DNA of 64,000 nucleotides from Macrostomum lignano (Eukaryota), in contig NIVC01002006.1 in NCBI GenBank assembly GCA_002269645.1, positions 149,759 through 213,758 of the forward strand, given 5' to 3'. The position numbers and the translations under genes are program-made. Below the pieces are notes generated by a model. That model ran no database searches and had not been told where the DNA came from. It saw only the letters and a list, made by a program, of their open reading frames with translations. Shown here in pieces: positions 11,850 to 24,856 of the stretch; positions within the stretch are counted from its first letter, which is position 1, and every line of letters starts with the position of its first letter.

Positions 11850-14800
11850 TCAGTTGTCCTCGTCTGACCCCCGCGGGCAGAAGGCCTCGTCAAACTGATC
11901 GGTGCTGATGCGACCTTTTCTCAGCTTCTTCAGCAGTCCGACATCGCGCTCCAGCTCGGCCAGGTCCTCGTCGTCAAGGCCGGCGCCGTCCGCTTTGCCG
12001 CCGGGCGCGCGGCGCTTTCGTTTGGCGGCGCGCGCTTCGCGCTCTCGACACCGTTCTATCCGCAGCCGGCGGTAGGCGGGCAGCGCCGACAGGTCGTTTT
12101 TGGGCTTCTCCTGGGGGACAGCAGGTGTGATTTATGGCTGAGGATTTGGGAATTCGGAATCTACGTGACCAAGAATGGGATCTGGGATCAGAAATTAGTG
12201 AATGGGATCTGGGATCAAAAATTAGTGAATGGGATCTGGGATCAGAAATTAGTGAATGGGATCTGGGATCAAAAATTAGTGAATGGGATCTGGGATCAGA
12301 AATTAGTGAATGGGATCTGGGATCTGAAATAAAGAAATGAGATCTCGGATCACAAATTAAATGGGATCTGGGATCAGAAATTTGTGAATGGGATCTGGGA
12401 TCAGAAATAAAGAAATGAGATCTCGGATCACAAATTAAATGGGATCTGGGATCAGAAATTAAAAGAAATGGGATCTGGAATCAGAAATTACAAAACGGGA
12501 TCTGGAATCTGAAATAACAAAATGAGATCTTGTAACAGAAGTTAAATAATGGGATTTGGGATCAAGAATTATAAAATGTAAGATTAGCAATCAAAAATAT
12601 GAATGGAAAGGGATTTGCACGCACCTGCCGCAGCTGCTCCTGCTTCGCCCGCTGCCGCCGAACGCTCCGATCCAGATACGGAATCGCCCCGACGTCGACG
12701 TCCTTGACCGGGTCGAAGTCGGTCACGGCCAGCTTGCGCAGCTCGGGCATTCTGGGCAGGCGCAGCAGCCCGAACGCCGTGGCCAGCCGGCCGATGTTGA
12801 GGTCGCGCAGGCGGAACAGCAGGCGGCACTCGTGCTTCCTGTAGAACTGCACGTAGGACACGAAAGCTCGGACGGATTTCTCGCACAGCAGGCGGTCCCG
12901 ACTGCACAGCTGGCGCAGCTGCGGGCCCAAGTCTGTCAGACTGTTGTACACCTGCTGTAGCTCCTGGCGCTCCACCTGATAAACGAGACGGGTGGACGAG
13001 TTGAAATGGTAGAGAGTTAACTGCTGCTGAGCTCAAACTAATAGGCAACTATGCGAGCGGACACATTAATGAAGCCTTTCTACAGCTAGACGAATCTCAA
13101 TACTAGATAGAGAAAAATCTCACTCTAGATAGAGATGATTCTCCCTATGATTCTCCCTCTAGATAGAGACGAATCTCAGTCTAGATAGAGACGAATCTCA
13201 GTCTAGATAGAGACGAATCTCACTCTAAATAGAGATGAATCTCACTCTAGATAGAGACGAATCTCAGTCTAGATAGAGACGAATCTCAGTCTAGATAGAG
13301 ACGAATCTCACTCTAAATAGAGATGAATCTCACTCTAGATAGAGATGAATCTCACTCTAGATAGAGATGAATCTCACTCTAGATAGAGATGAATCTCACT
13401 CTAGATAGAGACGAATCTCACTCTAGATAGAGATGAATCTCACTCTAGATAGAGATGAATCTCACTCTAGATAGAGATGAATCTCACTCTAGATAGAGAT
13501 GAATCTCACTCTAGATAGAGATGAATCTCACTCTAGATAGAGATGAATCTCACTCTAGATAGAGATGAATCTCACTCTAGATAGAGATGAATCTCACTCT
13601 AGATAGAGACGAATCTCACTCTAGATAGAGACGAATCTCACTCTAGATAGAGACGAATCTCACTCTAGATAGAGACGAATCTCGCTCTAGATAGAGACGA
13701 ATCTCACTCTAGATAGAGACGAATCTCACTCTAGATAGAGACGAATCTCACCCTAGATAGAGACGAATCTCACTCTAGATAGAGACGAACCTCACTCTCA
13801 ATAGAGACCAATCTCATACTCATGAGACGAATCGAAGCCATGAGACGGATCTCAGCCATGAGACGAGCCCCAGTTGCTCACCGCAACGCCCTGGTTCAGT
13901 CTGAGGAACTCCACGTACTCCAGCTCGTGCGGCTGCAGCAGCAGCATGGCCCGGCCCAGCCGGCCAATGCGGGCGGTGCGGCCGCAGCGGTGCACGAAAT
14001 GCTCGGCGCTGGTGGGCGGGTCCAGCTGCAGCACCCAGGCAACGTCGGGCAAGTCGACGCCGCGAGCCAGGACGTCGGTGCAGACGAGGGCGCCGGAGCG
14101 GCAGCTGGCGAAGGCGGCGAACACGGAGCGGCGCTTCTTGCGCATCCGGCCGTGGATGGCGGACAGCGGCGGCAGGTCGGGGCGAAGCTGGCGCAGCGCC
14201 TTGGCCAGGTAGTCCGCTACGGCACAGGTGGCCACGAATACCAGCACCTGCGGGAGATTATTGGCAGCGATGTTACTCTAATCCCAAAAATCTACTCAAA
14301 TCGCAAAAATTTTCCCAAATCCCACAATCTACTCAAATCCCAAAACTCACCTGAAATCCCCAAAACTCACCTGAAATCCCCACAACTCACCTGAAATCCC
14401 CACAACTTAACTGAAAACCCCAAATCCCAACTGAAATCCTCATATCTCAACTGAAATCCTCATATCCCAACTGAAATACTCATATCCCAACTGAAATCCT
14501 CATATCCCAACTGAAATCCTCATAATTCAACTGAAATCCTCATATCCCAACTGAAATCCTCATATCCCAACTGAAATCCCCATATCCCAACTGAAATCCC
14601 CATAATTCAACTGAAATCCTCATAATCCAACTGAAATCCCCATATCCCAACTGAAATCCTCATATCCCAACTGAAATCCCCATATCCCAACTGAAATCCC
14701 CATATCCCAACTAAAATCCTCATATCCCTACTTCTTCGGAAGACTAATTTAAACCAGACATCATCGCCAGTGACACGGAGCTCTAATTAACCTTCTGCTC

Positions 14801-16251
14801 AGCGGCATGCTCCATCAAAAAGGTGCACAGGAAGTCCAGTTTCTTATCGGCCGCAATCTCGCAGTAGAGGTTGGTGAGGCCGGCCGGCACCCTGGCCAGC
14901 TTCTCTGTCACCCGCACCGACACCGGGTTGCGCAGGCCGGCCCGCACCAGCTGCTCCAGCTCGCGAGTCTGCGTAGCGCTGAACAGCCCCGTGCGGCGCT
15001 GCTTCGGCAGGCGGGACAGCAGGGCGTCCAGGGCCGGGCGGAAGCCCTGCTGCAGCAGCCGGTCCGCTTCGTCCAGCAACAGCAGCTCCACCGAGCGCAG
15101 AGCCGAGCAAAGCCGCTCGCCGGTTGAGCAGCTCGACTCCAACAGGTCGCTGAGACGCCGCGGGGTGGCTACGACTAGGGTGGCGCCCTGCGTGTTTGGG
15201 GGAGGCCAAGGCTTTGAGGATCTTGGGAATGGGAATCTTGGGAATATGGATTTTGGGAATGGGATCTTGGGAATAGGGATCTTGGGAATAGGTAGGCATC
15301 TTGGGAACAGGGATCTTGGGAATAGGGATCTTGGGAATGGCTGGATCTTGGGAAAGGGCATCTTGGGAATAGGGATCTTGGGAATGGCTGGATCTTGGGA
15401 AAGGGCATCTTGGGAATATGGATGGGAATGGGATCTTGGGAATAGGGATCTTGGGAATAGGGATCTTGGGAATAGGGATCTTAAGAATAGGGATCTTGAG
15501 AATGGGATCTTGGGAATGAGGATTTTGGGAATAGGGATCTTGGTAATATGGATCTTGGGAATGGGGATCTTGAGAGTGGGGATCTGGGGAGTGGGGATCT
15601 CAGAAATGGGGATCTTGGGAATGGGGATCTTGGGAATGGGGATCTTGGGATTGAGGATCTGGGGACCGATGATCTTGGGAATGGTGATCTTGGGAATAGT
15701 GGAATTTAATTATTTGACTAAGATTATAGAACTAGAGTCTTGTGAGTCATGACACAAGGCCTAGAGATCTTGGCATATTGGGAGTTTTAGCATTATCCCA
15801 GCCTCATAGTACTCACCTTAGCCAGAGCAGCATCAATCTCAGCCTGCGAGCAGCCCCTAGTGAGCAGCAGCTGGCCCCAGCTGCCGGGCTGGCGATGCCG
15901 CTCATAGTGCGGCATCAGGAGAGCCAGCACTCCGCTCACCTGCCTGGCCAGCTCAGCTGTCGGCGCCACAATCACGGCGCCGGTTTCTCCGCGGCCCCAA
16001 GGCTCCGGCCGGCGGGACAGCAGCTCCAGAGCCGGCAACAGGTAAGCCAGGGTTTTGCCCGACCCCGTCACAGCCTCCGCCGCTACATCCTTGTTGCTGA
16101 GCAGCAGCGGGATGCAGGCTCGCTGGACTGGGGTTGGTGCAGCGAAGCCAAGAGCCGCGATGGCGGATTGAGCAGCTGGGGACAGCTCGACTCTGTCCAG
16201 CTGCCAGCCGCTTGGCTGAGGTAGGGGCTGCTGCGATTGCTGCTCCTGCAT
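11850..16251 (-). CDS. DDX55: DEAD-box RNA helicase DDX55/Spb4; exons 16251-15817, 15187-14792, 14247-13882, 12975-12625, 12110-11850
   Basis: Q motif GFAAPTPVQ, AVTGSGKT, DEAD, SAT, ARGVD and HRCGRTARIG are present. DDX55-type C-terminal segments RAFVSY...KHEC...FRLRDL...FGLLRLPRMPEL and DEDLAELERDVGLLKKLRKGRI. All introns are phase-0 GT-AG. The start ATG is uncertain because it overlaps an acceptor-like TGCAG. Confidence 0.93.
12165..12530. repeat. 27-bp minisatellite, DDX55 intron 4
   Basis: Unit GAATGGGATCTGGGATCAGAAATTAGT, degenerating toward 12530. Confidence 0.92.
13085..13865. repeat. 22-bp minisatellite, DDX55 intron 3
   Basis: Unit GAATCTCACTCTAGATAGAGA(C/T). Confidence 0.96.
14335..14730. 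repeat. 20-bp minisatellite, DDX55 intron 2
   Basis: Unit AACTGAAATCCTCATATCCC. Confidence 0.94.
15215..15700. repeat. 15-bp minisatellite, DDX55 intron 1
   Basis: Unit GGGATCTTGGGAAT(A/G). Confidence 0.93.
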
Positions 16252-16289
16252 GCAGAAGATAATGAGGTATAGCGATTTCTTTTAATAGC

Positions 16290-16680
16290 GAATGCCAATT
16301 CCTTAGATAGTGAATGCCAATTCCTTAGATTGTGAATGGCAATTCCTTAGATAGTGAATGGCAATTCCTTAGATTGTGAATGGCAATTCCTTAGTGAATG
16401 GCGATTCCTTATAGATAGTGAATGGCGATTCCTTAGTGAATGGCGATTCCTTAGTGAATGGCGATTCCTTATAGATAGTGAATGGCGATTCCTTAGTGAA
16501 TGGCGATTCCTTATAGATAGTGAATGGCGATTCCTTAGTGAATGGCGATTCCTTATAGATAGTGAATGGCGATTCCTTAGTGAATGGCGATTCCTTATAG
16601 ATAGTGAATGGCGATTCCTTAGTGAATGGCGATTTCTTATAGACAGTGAATGCCAATTTATTAGATAGTGAATGGTGTCT
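16290..16680. repeat. 18/24-bp minisatellite immediately 5' of the DDX55 ORF
   Basis: GTGAATGGCGATTCCTTA with or without a following TAGATA. Confidence 0.93.
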
Positions 16681-17349
16681 ACTAAATAACAGTGATCTTG
16701 AAATTAGTACATGTAAGTCGCGGTGAACACCAGGTTAAAACTTTGGCTGAAACAGGTACACCATTTATTTAATGCAGACATTTATTAATAATTTATTAAG
16801 CATTGCTGAAGCACTAACACCAGGACAGCCATTATAATCGCATCACCGATAAAGGCACATTCATAATGTCGGTGAGCACAAGTTATAGATAAGTGAAGAA
16901 TGCAAAATGCCCAGCAGCATATTTTAACAAATAAACTAACAGACAGATGCCTAGATTCAAACAAAAAATAATGATAATAACAAGTGACTGAATGCGATTT
17001 TCACGGGCACAACAGCTAAGGAACTGATGGGGTGAATTTTCTCAACTTTAGATATAACTAAATATTTCACTATAATTTAGTAGCAGACCACTGGAACAGC
17101 ACCTACAACACAGACAGAACCCACTGACCAAATGTTTAGTAACATTTTTTTCTATAAAAGAACGCAAAACATCTAAAAAATGGTCAAAATTAATTCATGG
17201 TAAAATCTCGTTTTAAAATGTATGAGTATTAGCCAGAGATGAATTTGGCGCACTGCACTACATTGAAGATTGCATTGGTTGAGCTTAAGTCTGAAGCCTG
17301 AATTTCATAAGGCCCAATAGAGAGTTTCTGTGATGCAGAGGCTCAATGA

Positions 17350-17508
17350 GGAGGTGCTGAGATGCCAGACTCAATGGGGAGGTGCTGAGATGCCATGACT
17401 CAATGGGGAGCTGCTGAGATGCCATGACTCAATGGGGAGGTGCTGAGATGCCATGACTCAATGGGGAAGTGCTGAGATGCCATGACTCAATGGGGAAGTG
17501 CTGAGATG
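17350..17508. repeat. ~28-bp minisatellite interrupted by a MITE
   Basis: TCAATGGGGA(G/A)GTGCTGAGATGCCATGAC; the unit resumes at 18102. Confidence 0.9.
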
Positions 17509-18101
17509 CCCTATAGGAAAAAGTTGTAAAACCGCGGACGGTGTCCGGCGCACTTTTGAAATTTTTCTAAAGCGCAGCGCGCGCACAGGCGCATCGCCTG
17601 CGCGCGCGCTGCCCTTTCTAACTGGCTGCTGCTCTAGCAAAAACATATACATGGAAATGGGTATAATACCCCTGTTGAAGGGGCTTATACACTCGTAATT
17701 TATTAAGCTTAGAGATGTTCCGAGAATTCAATTTCAATTTTCCAAAATTTGAAATTTTTTAGAGCGAATTTCAATTTAGAAAAAAATTTAGAAGTGAAAA
17801 TTTTGGTAGTGTCTAAAGAGTCGCTAAAAATAAACTGCTTTCTACTACATATACATGTATTAATTTTTGCTTAAGCAGTAAATTGAAAGTAAAAAAGTGA
17901 GTGTTGATCATACTAAACTTTGTTTTTCTGAATTATGATTTCGGGAAATTTCAATTTTGATTTTGGAAAGTTAGCAAATTTTGATTTCGACGAAACTGCA
18001 GATCTTTCGGAACATCTCTAATAATTCTAAAGCGCGGTAAAATAGTTTGACTCTTTTCTAAAGCGCGCGTCCGCGGATTTTTAACATTTATTCCAATAGG
18101 G
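17509..18101. mobile_element. Non-autonomous TIR element (593 bp) with 8-bp TSD
   Basis: Imperfect TIR CCCTAT(A/T)GGAA...AAAA.CCGCGGACG; CTGAGATG at 17501-17508 and 18102-18109. Confidence 0.85.
17710..18020. mobile_element. hAT-like MITE nested in the 593-bp element
   Basis: Perfect 14-bp TIR TAGAGATGTTCCGA / TCGGAACATCTCTA. The TSD is not clean (ATTAAGCT vs ATAATTCT). Confidence 0.65.
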
Positions 18102-18266
18102 CTGAGATGCCATGACTCAGTTGAGTTTATTGATAACAGGGATTAAGGGAGCTCATTCTAACATGAATATTTAATTCAAATTAATTTCAAATCTGTTATC
18201 TGGCCAGGAAAACTTCCCATCTCGCTAATAGAATAATTAAAATCGCAATGAGGCCCTCAAATCCGG

Positions 18267-21200
18267 CTACCAGACAAACCGCTGCTCCTCGGGCACCCCA
18301 GGCCAGAGAAACGGCCGCTTCAGGAACAGCCAGTAAACTGCGGCATTGACCGCGGCAAAATAAGCCGCCTCGGCCAGCAACCAGGGCCGACTGTCGTGCC
18401 TGACAGCGCTTAGTCTCCATAGCAACCAGGGAGCGATGAAATAGCGAGGCTCTATTAGAGAGGCCGGCACGAGGGCCAGGGCGCTGCAGCCGAGCAGCGC
18501 CAAGCGGAACAGGCAGGACCGGGGCACGGAATGCCAATAGACTAGCAGACAGCCAATGTAAGCCGGGATTAGCAGGTAGCGGATTAGCCAATGGCGCTGG
18601 AATACTCGCTGCCAAATATAGAATGTCAGGTGGCGATTGTCGGCTAGCAGGTAGGGATGCTCGTAGGTTTGGTACCTGGGAGTGCAGGGTTGGCCAAGTG
18701 TTAATAATAGAGCTCCATGGCTTTGGCCATAGACTAGAATAGGATAATTCAATATATGGAGAAATTTCATCCACCAGCTGATCAGCTGAAGTTTCTTGTC
18801 CCACTTTTCTTAGTAGAAAACTTCAGTATCTGCACCCCAGTGCCTCAGCTCCCCAGTGCCTCAGCACCCCAGTGCCTCAGCACCCCAGTGCCTCAGCACC
18901 CCAGTGCCTCAGCACCCCAGTGCCTCAGCACCCCAGTGCCTCAGCTCCCCAGTGCCTCAGCACCCCAGTGCCTCAGAAGTCAGAACCCAACCTCATTAAA
19001 TAGCCGAGTTTATCTATGGAAAAATTAGACCCATCATTAATATGAATATTTTAAAACTTCGTCACGAAAATTAAATACTTCTATCCACTCACCTGACAGC
19101 TAGACAGACAAGCGCGCTAAGCACCACAATTGGTAGCGCCATTCCACGTATCCAGCGCGCTTTTAGCCCACCAGGCGCTCGCGCCGCCGCCCAGATGAGC
19201 CGAGCCGCCGCGGCGGGGTGCATAGCAACACAAAAGCCTAGAAAGTACAAAGCCTGCGGACTGTGTAGGCGGGCCTCGTGAGCCGACCGGTCGCCCAGAG
19301 CCACGCCGCCGTTCAGGCGAACAAAGACCGCGAATGCGACTAGGACTGCTACTAGAGGCCAGGATTGGAAAGCCACTCGGCAGCCGGTGACGAAGAACTG
19401 GAGTGGGTGGCCGAGGACGGCCGAAGCCTCCGACCATAGCGACAGCGGCGGAGCGGCAGCTGAGTAGAAAGGAAAGAGGAAAAAAGTCATGGGACTTGTT
19501 TTGGCAATTTCAAGACTGTTAATTGGAATCAAAGTCCTCTGTCAACAAAATGCAAGTTAAGGTGGGTAATTAACGGGTATTCGTTTAATATTTAATAACG
19601 TTTGGAGTTGTTAGTAGCACTGTAAAATCCCGCAGAACCTGACTTAAGTCCCCAGTTGCTTATCTTATTAAAAAAACAGAATTCTGACTTAAACACCCAA
19701 GAATCTCACTCAAATAACCCAGAATCTCACTCAAATAACCCAGAATCTCACTCAAATAACCCAGAATCTCACACTCAAATAACCCAGAATCTCACACTCA
19801 AATAACCCAGAATCTCACTCAAATACCCCAGAATCTCACTCAAATAACCCAGAATCTCACTCAAACACCCCAGAATCTCACTCAAATAACCCAGAATCTC
19901 ACTCAAATACCCCAGAATCTCACTCAAACACCCCAGAATCTCACTCAAATACCCCAGAATCTCACTCAAATAACCCAGAATCTCACTCAAACACCCCAGA
20001 ATCTCACTCAAATACCCCAGAATCTCACACTCAAATAACGCAGAATCTCACTCAAATACCCCAGAATCTCACTCAAATAACCCAGAATCTCACTCAAATA
20101 ACCCAGAATCTCACACTCAAATAACCCAGAATCTCACTCAAATACCCCAGAATCTCACTCAAATAACCCAGAATCTCACTCAAACACCCCAGAATCTCAC
20201 TCAAATAACCCAGAATCTCACTCAAATACCCCAGAATCTTACTCAAATAACCCAGAATCTCACTCAAACACCCCAGAATCTCACTCAAATACCCCAGAAT
20301 CTCACTCAAATAACCCAGAATCTCACTCAAATAACCCAGAATCTCACTCAAATAACCCAGAATCTCACTCAAATAACCCAGAATCTCACTCAAATAACCC
20401 AGAATCTCACTCAAATAATCCAGAATCTCACTCAAATACCCCAGAATTTCACTCAAACACCTCACAATCTCACTTAAAATAATACTCCAGAATCTCACTT
20501 AAATATCTCAGAATTTGACCCAAATACCCCAGAATCTCAAGTACCCAAGAATCTCACTCAAATACCTCAGAATCTCACTCAACTCCACCAGAAATTCACT
20601 CAAATCTAAAAAGAGTCAAGCAAGGTTCTCAACCAGCAGCCTCCCCGCCAGTCGCTCACCTTCGCTCCCCTCGTCCTCCTCCCGCCGCTTGGCCAGGCCG
20701 CGCAGCCGGGCCTGCCAGGCCCTGTCCAGCTCCATGCCCAGAAAGAACAGCAGCCAAACGGCGTTGGTCTGCCGGCAGGCCACTGCCAGACAGCCCAGCA
20801 ACCCAGCTAGCAGGCGGTGCTCGTTGAGCTGCATGAAATAGGCGGCCAAGAGGCAGGCTGTAGAGGCCTGGTCGGTGTAGAACAGGCTGACAAAGAAGAA
20901 CGACACTGGCAGAAGCGACACGCTGAAGGATTTCAACACGCGAACTCTGGGCTCCGGCAAGGCGCCGCTGTCGCCTGTGACGTCATAGTGCCGCGGAGAC
21001 GACAGAATGCCGTAGACAGACAGGAAGCTGATTAGAAAGTACACTAAGTTGGTCAGTCGCAGGAAGAACACGCTGCATAACGAGTTGGTATCTGTGGAGG
21101 AGGAGCCGGTAAGCTTGCCAGCCAATCGCAGCACAGCAGCGGACATCGCGTACAAACCCGGCGGTGTAGTGATCTTCGAATCCCATTCGGTGTAAATCCC

Positions 21201-21380
21201 TTGGCAATATTTCTGCGCCATTGGCACGTGAAAGATTTCGTCCATATAGGCACTGGGCTGCACGCGGTCCAGCTGCATGATGAGGCAGCCAGACAGGCCT
21301 ATTGAGAACACCAGCAGCTCAGCAAGAAGCATCAAGTGGGATCGATCAGGCTGATTGCCTGCAGCTGAGTTGCCCGACAT
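18267..21380 (-). CDS. ALG10: Dol-P-Glc alpha-1,2-glucosyltransferase ALG10/DIE2; exons 21380-20660, 19459-19093, 18675-18267
   Basis: YMDEIFHVPMAQKYCQG, WDSKITTPPGLY, SLFYTD, CRQTNAVW, NGGVALGDRSAH, HPYLLADNRH.TFY and LIEPRYFI motifs. Introns are phase 1 and phase 2 and join in frame, giving about 498 aa. Confidence 0.93.
18830..18975. repeat. 16-bp minisatellite, ALG10 intron 2
   Basis: Unit CCCCAGTGCCTCAGCA. Confidence 0.93.
19690..20600. repeat. 21-bp minisatellite, ALG10 intron 1
   Basis: Unit CCCAGAATCTCACTCAAATA(A/C). Confidence 0.96.
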
Positions 21381-22299
21381 AGCTGTGTTGTCCTGCGTTG
21401 TGAGCTCTGCGCCTTTAAGCTGCAATGTTTTGTGGAGATTCAACTACTTTAAGTAGCGGCATCATGGCAGATCCAGAAGGTCAATTGTCAGGAGGGTCAG
21501 TTGACTGGAGTGGTAAAAAATGTCCTTTGTTGCCATGTCACTGATCATTCGAAGTTAAAGGGTACATCAGCTGAAGTGCTGGAATTATTAAAGATTAGAC
21601 CAAACCAACTTCAGTTGCTCCTTGCAGCCTTATTAAAATAAGTTGATAATGGTATTCAATATTTTTTTCAATTTTTTTTGGCAAAGTACAATTTTACATG
21701 GTATGCCAAAAGCAAGGCACCTCATACTACTCATAGTCTATGAATACAAGCATATATGATACAAAACTAGTATAAAAATCTACAAACCTACAGACCTAGG
21801 CTTCAATCCTTTTTTAAAATGCAATTTGCTCTAAAATGTCATTTTAAAACTATATTTTTTGGGTCAAGACACAATTTTGAATCTTGAAATAACCAAAAAC
21901 TAAATTTTTAAGGTAAAAAATGACCTTGACTTTTAATTTATATTTAGATCTCCATCATCAGATACAGCCATAGGTGCAATTTTGCCCATAGGTTTGTAAA
22001 AGCAAAAGATTTATGAATAGCCAATGTAATGCAATACAACCCTACTAAATTAGTCACACAATCAAAATTTTAAGTTTCTCTTAAAGTTACTTAAAAATTT
22101 AAATGGCCTAAGAAATGCATATTCCCTTGGTTTTTAGACTGATACAGACTGCAATGGAGCTAAAGATACACAAATTTCTTTCAAGGTTGCAAATTTGCAA
22201 GAAAGATACATGATCAAAGCATGAAAACAACCATGAGAGTATTATGTCCAACAAACTGGCTTTCCAAGCAAGGATGGGCAGACTTTTACCTCAAAGGCC

Positions 22300-23125
22300 A
22301 GATTAAGAATCCAGCTCATGGCTGAGGGGCAGATGAGAATAGAAAGAAGGAATAGATAATTTGAAAATAGGAAAGGCAAGAGAGAGAATAAGAGAAAAGA
22401 TAGAACATAATAGGAGATATAAGAGTATGATGACAATAAGAGAGAGGGGGGAGAAGATAGGCATGAGAAGAAGGGAGAAAGGACTCAGGAGAAGCAAGAT
22501 AAGAGAGATGAGATGAGAGGAAAGAGTAGAGAGGAGCGAATAGAGAGAAGAGAGTAGAGATAAGAGAGCAGAGAGCTACATATGAGGAGAGAGAAGACAT
22601 AAGAGAAGAGAAGAAAGAGGAAAGAGGTGAAAGGAGAGATAAAAGAGTAAAGGGAAGAGAGAAGAGATAAGGTTATAGGGATGAGAAAGGTATAAGGAGA
22701 GATGAGAAATGAGATAAAAGAGATAAAAGAGAAGAGAGGAGAGTGGAGAGAAAAGAAAAAAGACAAGAGAGAAAGAAGAGGAAAGAGGAAGAGGAAAGGG
22801 AAGAGAAGAGAAGAGAAAGGAAAGTGAAGTAATCAAGAGGGAAAAGAAAAGAGTACAGAGGAAAGAGGTGAGAGAACATATTAGACAATAAAGATAACAG
22901 ATGAAAGAGGGGGTAAGAGAGCAGAGATTTGAGGGGAAAAGGAATAAAAAAGAATAGAGGAAAAAAATGGGAGAGAAAAGGGGAAAAGAAGAAAGAGGAA
23001 TGGAAAAAGAAGAGAAGAGAGGAGAGAGAGAGACAAGAAAGGAGAGACAAGGGACAAAAAATAAGAGAGGAAACAATAAAAAAAGTTTCAAAGGATTCAA
23101 GGGACATAGAGAGTCAGAGGCAGAG
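22300..23125. repeat. Purine-rich (GA) low-complexity tract
   Basis: About 800 bp of mostly A/G on the + strand. Confidence 0.9.
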
Positions 23126-23221
23126 GCTAGAGTTTGCCAATATATTTATTTTAGAGTCAGAATGCAGACAAACATTGCCTGAAATTCTGGGCAACACTCC
23201 AGCCAATAATATTAAATGCTA

Positions 23222-23445
23222 GGTTTTTTTGTGCAAATGGGTGCGAATAGCATCCTGGTCTTAAAAATCGCACCCTGAAATTTGACTCAGGGTGTGAAAA
23301 GTGCACCCAATTTTTTGCAAGGATGTGATGCGGGTTTTACAATTTAGTGTTATGGACGTGCAGCGCATCTTGGTCTTGAAAATTGCACCCTGAAATCTAG
23401 CACAGGGTGCGAAATTGCACCCAAGTTATGGACGAAAAAAAAACC
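23222..23445. mobile_element. Possible small MITE
   Basis: GGTTTTTTT...TGGGTGC at the left and GCACCCAA...AAAAAAAAACC at the right, with an internal ~60-bp direct repeat. It is a CpG-containing island in CpG-poor DNA. No TSD is seen. Confidence 0.4.
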
Positions 23446-24856
23446 CAGATTAAATGTTTGTCTCAAATCCTAATTTTATACAAATGTATTCTATTTTATG
23501 TTTAACTCTATCCTACTAACTATTATTAACAGGTTTTGTTTGAGTATAGTCTTAGATTTTAGAATATATACAAAAATAGTTCTGAGGATTAGAATTCCCT
23601 GGGTTCAAAATCTGTGGGTTTCAACAGCTTATATTATATAGATAGCATTGTAAAAGCTTATATTATATAGGCCCTAAGCTAATAATGTTTAGGCCCCCTA
23701 CTTAATAATTTAAGATTTAATCTATATATTAGGCCTACTTATAGATAGTAAGATAGGCCTTATAGTTATTATACAAAATAATTGAATTTTGTTAGACTTA
23801 AAATTAATTTTAACTTTTCACTATTTTAATTTATAGATTTAAAAGTGATATCTATGCCTAGCTAACTAGCTTAGGCCCTTACTCTAGTTAACTAGACCTA
23901 TCGTTATATTTATAGGTTTTAGAAAAGTGAGTAAATTTTTTTTTCAAATCTATCTATCAATACATAGTTATTAGGTATATTTCCTTTTTGAATTGTAATA
24001 GGCCTTAAAGCTTCAATATTATTATTATTGTTATTGTTAATGTATCTAACTTATATTTTGTTAGAAGTTTCTAGGCTTATAGGGGCCTAGCTTTAAAACT
24101 TACTAGTTTCTAAATCCTTTGTTAGAACTCAAAGGAAATTCACAATCCATGAGATGAGAGACTTGATATACCAGTTTTTACTTTTATAGGCCTCCTAGTT
24201 TATGATTGATTGGCCTTAGGCCTTTTTTATAAAAATAAATATAAAAATGGATTTTAAATAAAACATAGTTTATGCCAATAACCATAGCCTATGCCAATGA
24301 AACTAAACAATTATGGTACCATGCTAGGCAACTACAACTAGGCCTAGGCCTAGTCTTTTCATCTAGGCCTAGGCCTAGGCCTAGCTAAAACAGACACTAA
24401 GTTTGCACAAAATTTAAATAAGATGGCTAAATGTGAAGTTTTTACTTGGTCTAGGTAGGCCTAGCCACCTAGGTCTAGGATAGGCATTAAAAATTAGGCC
24501 TAGCTTTAGATACCACCTGTCTAACCTGCACATCATGTGTCATCATCATAGACAAAATACTACAATATTACATGTACATGCATGCAGATGCAAACAGTGA
24601 ATGTTGAATGTTGATTTTGATATAGCATTGCACCAGTTTGTGGTCTGGTCAGCAATCAGCATCAGCAGGGCATAGCAGCAAGACCATGTCACCATGCCTA
24701 CGACATCAAGCAAAGTGTTTCTCATTTTAATCTACATTTCCAGTTAGGCCTGGCAGACTCAAAAAGAATTATAACCTAATTACTGTACTAGCACAGTAGT
24801 TGGTACATACTACCTGTATGAGTTTAATATAACTTCTTAGAATCTGAGGACTCAGT

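Noticed and set aside
14871-16224. Plus-strand ORFs antisense to DDX55 exons (similar cases at 12556, 13822, 27828, 41462-42176 and 61462 on the opposite strand of other genes)
   Set aside because: Shadow ORFs expected from GC-rich codon usage of the real genes.
20616-20659. ALG10 exon 1 extending to the ORF stop at 20616
   Set aside because: The strong donor GAAG|GTGAGC at 20660 is phase-matched to the next acceptor, so the remainder is intron.
22242-23222. Hydrophobic F/L/S-rich and K/R/E-rich ORFs (also 4714-5052 and 56988-57594)
   Set aside because: Translation artefacts of purine/pyrimidine low-complexity tracts.
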